This document shows positions 36,229-40,338 of a stretch of DNA of 40,338 bases, in pieces. The notes beneath the pieces were generated by a model. That model was not told the origin of the DNA, made no database searches, and worked only from the letters and a program-made list of their open reading frames with translations. The stretch covers positions 1 to 40,338 of the forward strand of contig JBBDJA010000005.1 in assembly GCA_040880105.1 (NCBI GenBank), given 5' to 3'. Both the position numbers and the translations under genes were made by a program. Positions within the stretch are counted from its first letter, which is position 1, and every line of letters begins with the position of its first letter. This DNA comes from Waddliaceae bacterium (lineage in GTDB: Bacteria; Chlamydiota; Chlamydiia; Chlamydiales; SLOH01).

Positions 36229-37980
36229 ATGCTGACCTTTCGCCAAAAAATTCTATTTGTTTACATTGCCATTGGGCTTGCTCTAATCGTGCTCCTCGTC
36301 TCCTTTGCGGGTCGCACAGTGAAAAACATTGCCGTTAAAGCCATGCACGACCGCTCCGTTGAGTTCATCGAAAAAATCCAAGGAGCAAAAAACGACCATG
36401 AACTCTACTTACAACTTGATGAAAAGCAAAAACTATTCTTCTTCCGAGTCAGCGTCATAAATAACGAAGGCGCGCTCATTTACGACTCTCACATAAGAAA
36501 TCCCAAGCCCACCCCTGAAAACCCCATTTTCGCCCCCCTTCATACCGAGGTTAAAGAAGCCTTTGAGGATGGAATGGGCTATGACGATGACTACTCGACG
36601 CTCCTTCAAGATCGGTTTCTCTACATGGGCACAGCTTTTGATTTTAACGGCAAAACCTACGTCATGCGGACAGCCTTTCCTTTCAGATACACTTCCGAGC
36701 TTATGCGCGACTATGAAATCGGTTTTTTAAGTTCTTCAATTGCCGTCCTTTTACTCTTCAGTATTATGACATGGTTTGTGATCCATCACCTGACACGGCC
36801 GATCGAAGAAATTATTAATGCCATCCAACCCTATCAAGAAGGAGTCAACACCGAGATTCCTGAAATTCGCCTCAAGATGTCGGAAAAATCGGAATTTGGA
36901 AAACTTGCATCGACACTCAACTCCCTTTCTCAAAAGATCAAAAAGCAGATCGAGACATTAACAGACGAAAGAAATCAAAAAGAGACCCTCCTTGAATCTC
37001 TTGTTGAAGGGGTGATCGCAGTCGATGAAAAATTAAACATCACATACATCAACGACAAAGCGCTTGACCTTCTTGAAATCGACAAAGCAATTATCGGTCA
37101 ACCGTTGATTGAGACCGGACTGATGCGATGTTACACCCTGCTTCGAAGATCCCTTGAAAAAAAGAGCATCTCCCTAGATGAAATGACCCTAAGAAAAAAG
37201 GGCCATAGGATTTATCTTGACCTTGTCGCCTCTCCTATAAAAGGTGAAGCCGGCGCGATTTTGATTATGCAGGATAAATCTGCCCAAATGAGCATGTTGG
37301 AGATGAGAAAAGACTTTATTGCCAACGCCTCACATGAACTAAAAACTCCGATTACCGTCATTCACGGATTTGCCGAGACACTGCATGACAACCCGGATCT
37401 GGGTCCGAAAATCTCCCAAGAGATCACCTCTAAAATTGTTAGCAACTGCGAGCGTATGGGACGCATCGTCCATGACCTACTGACATTGTCTGACATTGAG
37501 CACATCCCGCGCTCTCAACTTGTCAAAACCGACTTGAGCCTCATCATCGAAAACTGTCAATCCAGAGTGCATGAGCGTTATCCGGAAGCTGAAATTGCGT
37601 TCGATGCTCCGGCAGACGACCACTATTTCATCAACGCCGACCCCAACTTAATTGAGATTGCCATTGGCAATCTTATCGATAACGCCGCAAAGTACTCAAA
37701 GGAGCCCGCCTCCATTACCGTGACGCTCAGTCGAAAGAAACAGTTCATTGAACTCAACATCTCCGACCAAGGCATTGGCATCCCCGAAAAAGAGCTGCAA
37801 AATATTTTCCAAAGATTTTATACCGTCGATAAAGCCCACTCAAGAAAAATGGGCGGCTCCGGACTTGGCCTTGCCATTGTCGAAAGCATCATCGAAAAGC
37901 ATGCCGGTACAATCAAAGTCAAATCCGAAATGGGCAAGGGAAGTACCTTTACGATCCGCTTCCCGGCTAAATCGACTTAA
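36229..37980 (+). CDS. PhoR-like sensor histidine kinase (TM, HAMP, PAS, HisKA, HATPase_c)
   Basis: RKDFIANASHELKTPIT, NLIDNAAKYS, D.GIGIP, IFQRFY.VDK, GGSGLGLAIV. Confidence 0.93.
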   Translation: MLTFRQKILFVYIAIGLALIVLLVSFAGRTVKNIAVKAMHDRSVEFIEKIQGAKNDHELYLQLDEKQKLFFFRVSVINNEGALIYDSHIRNPKPTPENPIFAPLHTEVKEAFEDGMGYDDDYSTLLQDRFLYMGTAFDFNGKTYVMRTAFPFRYTSELMRDYEIGFLSSSIAVLLLFSIMTWFVIHHLTRPIEEIINAIQPYQEGVNTEIPEIRLKMSEKSEFGKLASTLNSLSQKIKKQIETLTDERNQKETLLESLVEGVIAVDEKLNITYINDKALDLLEIDKAIIGQPLIETGLMRCYTLLRRSLEKKSISLDEMTLRKKGHRIYLDLVASPIKGEAGAILIMQDKSAQMSMLEMRKDFIANASHELKTPITVIHGFAETLHDNPDLGPKISQEITSKIVSNCERMGRIVHDLLTLSDIEHIPRSQLVKTDLSLIIENCQSRVHERYPEAEIAFDAPADDHYFINADPNLIEIAIGNLIDNAAKYSKEPASITVTLSRKKQFIELNISDQGIGIPEKELQNIFQRFYTVDKAHSRKMGGSGLGLAIVESIIEKHAGTIKVKSEMGKGSTFTIRFPAKST

Positions 37981-38048
37981 GGTTCAGAGGTTCCTTTACA
38001 AATAATCGATTTCTTGAACAATGGAGACTCAATAAACAAGAGTCATCC

Positions 38049-38996
38049 ATGAGTGAAAAATTACAGCTCGCAATCAAAGAGATGGGCCGCGTCATTGTCG
38101 GGCAAAAACGTCTGATCAACCGCCTTTTTGTCGCGCTCCTCTCAGATGGCCACGTCATTGTTGAAGGACTGCCCGGACTTGCCAAAACCCTTGCTGTGAA
38201 CACCCTTTCCAAAGTCACCGAATGCGACTTTAAACGCATCCAGTTCACACCCGACCTACTCCCCGCCGATCTGACCGGAACCAATATCTACGAACCCGGA
38301 AAAGGAGTCTTCACAGTCAGCAAAGGACCCATTTTCACCAATATCCTTCTTGCCGATGAGATTAACCGCGCGCCTGCTAAAGTACAGTCGGCCCTTCTTG
38401 AAGTCATGCAAGAGAGACAAGTCACAATCGGCGGCAAGACACATAAAGTTAAAGAGCCCTACTTTGTCCTTGCCACTCAAAACCCGATCGAGCAAGAAGG
38501 CACCTACCCCCTTCCCGAAGCGCAGACCGATCGCTTTATGATGAAAATCGTTGTCGACTACCCAAGCAAAGAAGATGAGAAAGAGATTGTTAAGCGCATG
38601 GCCACACTAGGCGAAATACCCAAACCTACCGCCATACTTACAGCCGATGAGATCCTCACCCTTAGAAAGGAAGTCGATAAAGTCTACGCAGATGAAAAAA
38701 TCATCGATTACATTATTAAACTTATCTTTGCCACAAGATATCCCAAAGACTTCAATGTCCCGATCGATCACTACATCCGGCACGGCGCCTCCCCAAGAGC
38801 CACCATCCAACTGATATTAGCAGCAAAAGCCCACGCCTTCCTTGACAATCGCGACTACGTCACACCCGATGACGTGAAAGAAGTCGGCCGAGACGTCCTC
38901 AGACACCGCCTTAGACGCACCTACGAAGCCGAAGCGGAAGAGGTCACCCCCGATGACCTGATTGACACTCTCTTTTCACACATACCCCTGCCGTGA
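38049..38996 (+). CDS. moxR: MoxR-family AAA+ ATPase
   Basis: EGLPGLAKT, RIQFTPDLLPAD, LADEINRAPAKVQSALLE, ATQNPIEQEGTYPLPEAQ.DRF, GASPRA. Confidence 0.96.
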   Translation: MSEKLQLAIKEMGRVIVGQKRLINRLFVALLSDGHVIVEGLPGLAKTLAVNTLSKVTECDFKRIQFTPDLLPADLTGTNIYEPGKGVFTVSKGPIFTNILLADEINRAPAKVQSALLEVMQERQVTIGGKTHKVKEPYFVLATQNPIEQEGTYPLPEAQTDRFMMKIVVDYPSKEDEKEIVKRMATLGEIPKPTAILTADEILTLRKEVDKVYADEKIIDYIIKLIFATRYPKDFNVPIDHYIRHGASPRATIQLILAAKAHAFLDNRDYVTPDDVKEVGRDVLRHRLRRTYEAEAEEVTPDDLIDTLFSHIPLP

Positions 38997-39814
38997 CATT
39001 CTCCAAAATTCGCACCATTGAGTACCAAAGCGAAAAGCTCGCAACAGACATGCTGGCCGGCGCCTGGCGCTCGGCATTCCGCGGACAGGGCATTGAGTTT
39101 GAAGAAGTCCGCCCCTACCAGCCCGGCGATGACACCCGAAGCATCGATTGGAACGTGACCGCACGCACCGGCTCACCGCACGTGAAAACTTTCCAAGAAG
39201 AGCGAGAGCTCACCCTCTTTTTCATCATCGACCACTCCGCCTCCATCCGCTTCGGGAGCGGAAATCAACTCAAGCAAGACCTAATGGCCGAGCTCATTGC
39301 CACGCTCTCCTTTTCTGCCATCAAAAACAATGACAAAGTCGGCCTCCTCCTCTTCTCAAACAAAGTCAATAAAGTCATCTCTCCCAAAAAAGGCACTCGG
39401 CACGTGCTTCGCCTTATCCAAGAAGTGCTCAATGAGCCCACAGCAGGAGAAACTGACATTAACGCTGCCCTTCGTTACTTCGGACACCTCCAGCAAAAGC
39501 CCTGCATCTGCTTTTTACTCAGTGACTTTTTAACCCCCATCAAACAAAACGAGCTTACTCTCCTAGCCAAAAAACACGACCTGATCGCACTTCACATCCA
39601 AGACCCCCTTGAAACCAACCTCCCATCCCTCGGCTACATTACCTACCAAGACCTTGAGAGCAAAGAGATCCTCACAACAAACCAGTCAGGTCCTCTTCCC
39701 CCTATCGACATCACAGGCTTTAAAAAGGCCGGTGTCTCCTACATCCCTCTAATGACAAATGAGCCCTACATCCCCCCCTTACGAAAGTTCTTTAAAGAGC
39801 GGAGCCTCCATTGA
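38993..39814 (+). CDS. DUF58 (VWA-like) protein of the MoxR/Bat operon
   Basis: FRGQGIEFEEVRPYQPGDD.RSIDWNVTAR, EERE, D.SAS..FG, LSDF. Confidence 0.93.
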   Translation: MTFSKIRTIEYQSEKLATDMLAGAWRSAFRGQGIEFEEVRPYQPGDDTRSIDWNVTARTGSPHVKTFQEERELTLFFIIDHSASIRFGSGNQLKQDLMAELIATLSFSAIKNNDKVGLLLFSNKVNKVISPKKGTRHVLRLIQEVLNEPTAGETDINAALRYFGHLQQKPCICFLLSDFLTPIKQNELTLLAKKHDLIALHIQDPLETNLPSLGYITYQDLESKEILTTNQSGPLPPIDITGFKKAGVSYIPLMTNEPYIPPLRKFFKERSLH

Positions 39815-40338
39815 TCTCCCTACTTATAGCCCTCATGCTCTCCCCGATTACACCCGACCACCTCCGACCCATCCCCACAAACATCCCAAACCCCATTCGC
39901 TCCACGCTAGAAAACAGGCTCAAATGGACCACTCCGAATGACACCCTTCCTGAAGACGCCTCTAGGCAGTTTCCATGGCCAATTCCCATTACCCTGATAC
40001 TGCTCTACCTCATCTATACCTCCCCTAAAAAATTCAAAGTAAAGACACAAAATAAAGACCCAAAAAAAGTGGCCCTCTCCTCACTCAAAGAGCTACCCAA
40101 AGAGACAAAGCCATTCTACTCAAAGCTTTCAAGCATTATTCGCCTCTACATTGAAAACCGCCTCAAGATCCCCGCACAAAGCCTCACCAGTCTAGAGCTC
40201 AAACAGAAAATGGAACCAAATGAACTTCTCTCACTCCTAGAAAAATGCGAACGGTATCAGTTTACAGAAAAGCCCCCTGAAAATCCGCCCCTTGAGGACG
40301 ACCTTCAAAAAGCGCATAAGGAAATTGAAAAAAGTGAA
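39811..40338 (+). CDS. Membrane protein of the MoxR-DUF58-Bat operon (DUF4381-like), running off the window end; not in the ORF track
   Basis: TTG overlapping the DUF58 stop (TTGA); open for 176 codons (MISLLIALML...FPWPIPITLILLYLIY...FYSKLSSIIRLYIENR...TSLEL). Confidence 0.75.
   Translation, partial: MISLLIALMLSPITPDHLRPIPTNIPNPIRSTLENRLKWTTPNDTLPEDASRQFPWPIPITLILLYLIYTSPKKFKVKTQNKDPKKVALSSLKELPKETKPFYSKLSSIIRLYIENRLKIPAQSLTSLELKQKMEPNELLSLLEKCERYQFTEKPPENPPLEDDLQKAHKEIEKSE

Noticed and set aside
202..39989. Numerous short nested or antisense ORFs in the track
   Set aside because: They lie within well-supported genes and show no motifs or translation signals.

Overview
Gene-dense bacterial chromosome segment, most likely from an environmental member of the Chlamydiota. 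This is inferred from the double-length ThyX, the stand-alone nqrF next to htpG, three Inc-like proteins with bilobed hydrophobic segments and the overall gene set. Most genes are housekeeping: thyX, rpoN, a CBS/CGL transsulfuration pair, efp-epmA, pyrE, htpG, nqrF, nadE, rsgA, a TrmH methylase, cca, mutL, a prolidase, a PhoR-like kinase and the start of a MoxR-DUF58 operon. No rRNA, tRNA, CRISPR array or transposase was recognised. Points of interest: (1) a monomeric, ATP-cone-less B12-dependent class II ribonucleotide reductase behind tandem NrdR boxes; (2) an unannotated dispersed MITE-like palindromic repeat family, with two copies bracketing one gene and one supplying the C-terminus and stop of pyrE; (3) a 53-aa small ORF missing from the ORF track, coupled to a Zn-ribbon gene divergent from efp; (4) an N-terminally minimal RlmN/Cfr-like radical-SAM methylase; (5) a catalytically eroded dihydroorotase-like protein; (6) a tandem pair of AT-rich Inc-like paralogues; (7) a symmetric bidirectional promoter between cca and mutL. 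No complete novel multi-gene system can be demonstrated from sequence alone. All calls come from motif recognition by eye, without database searches.
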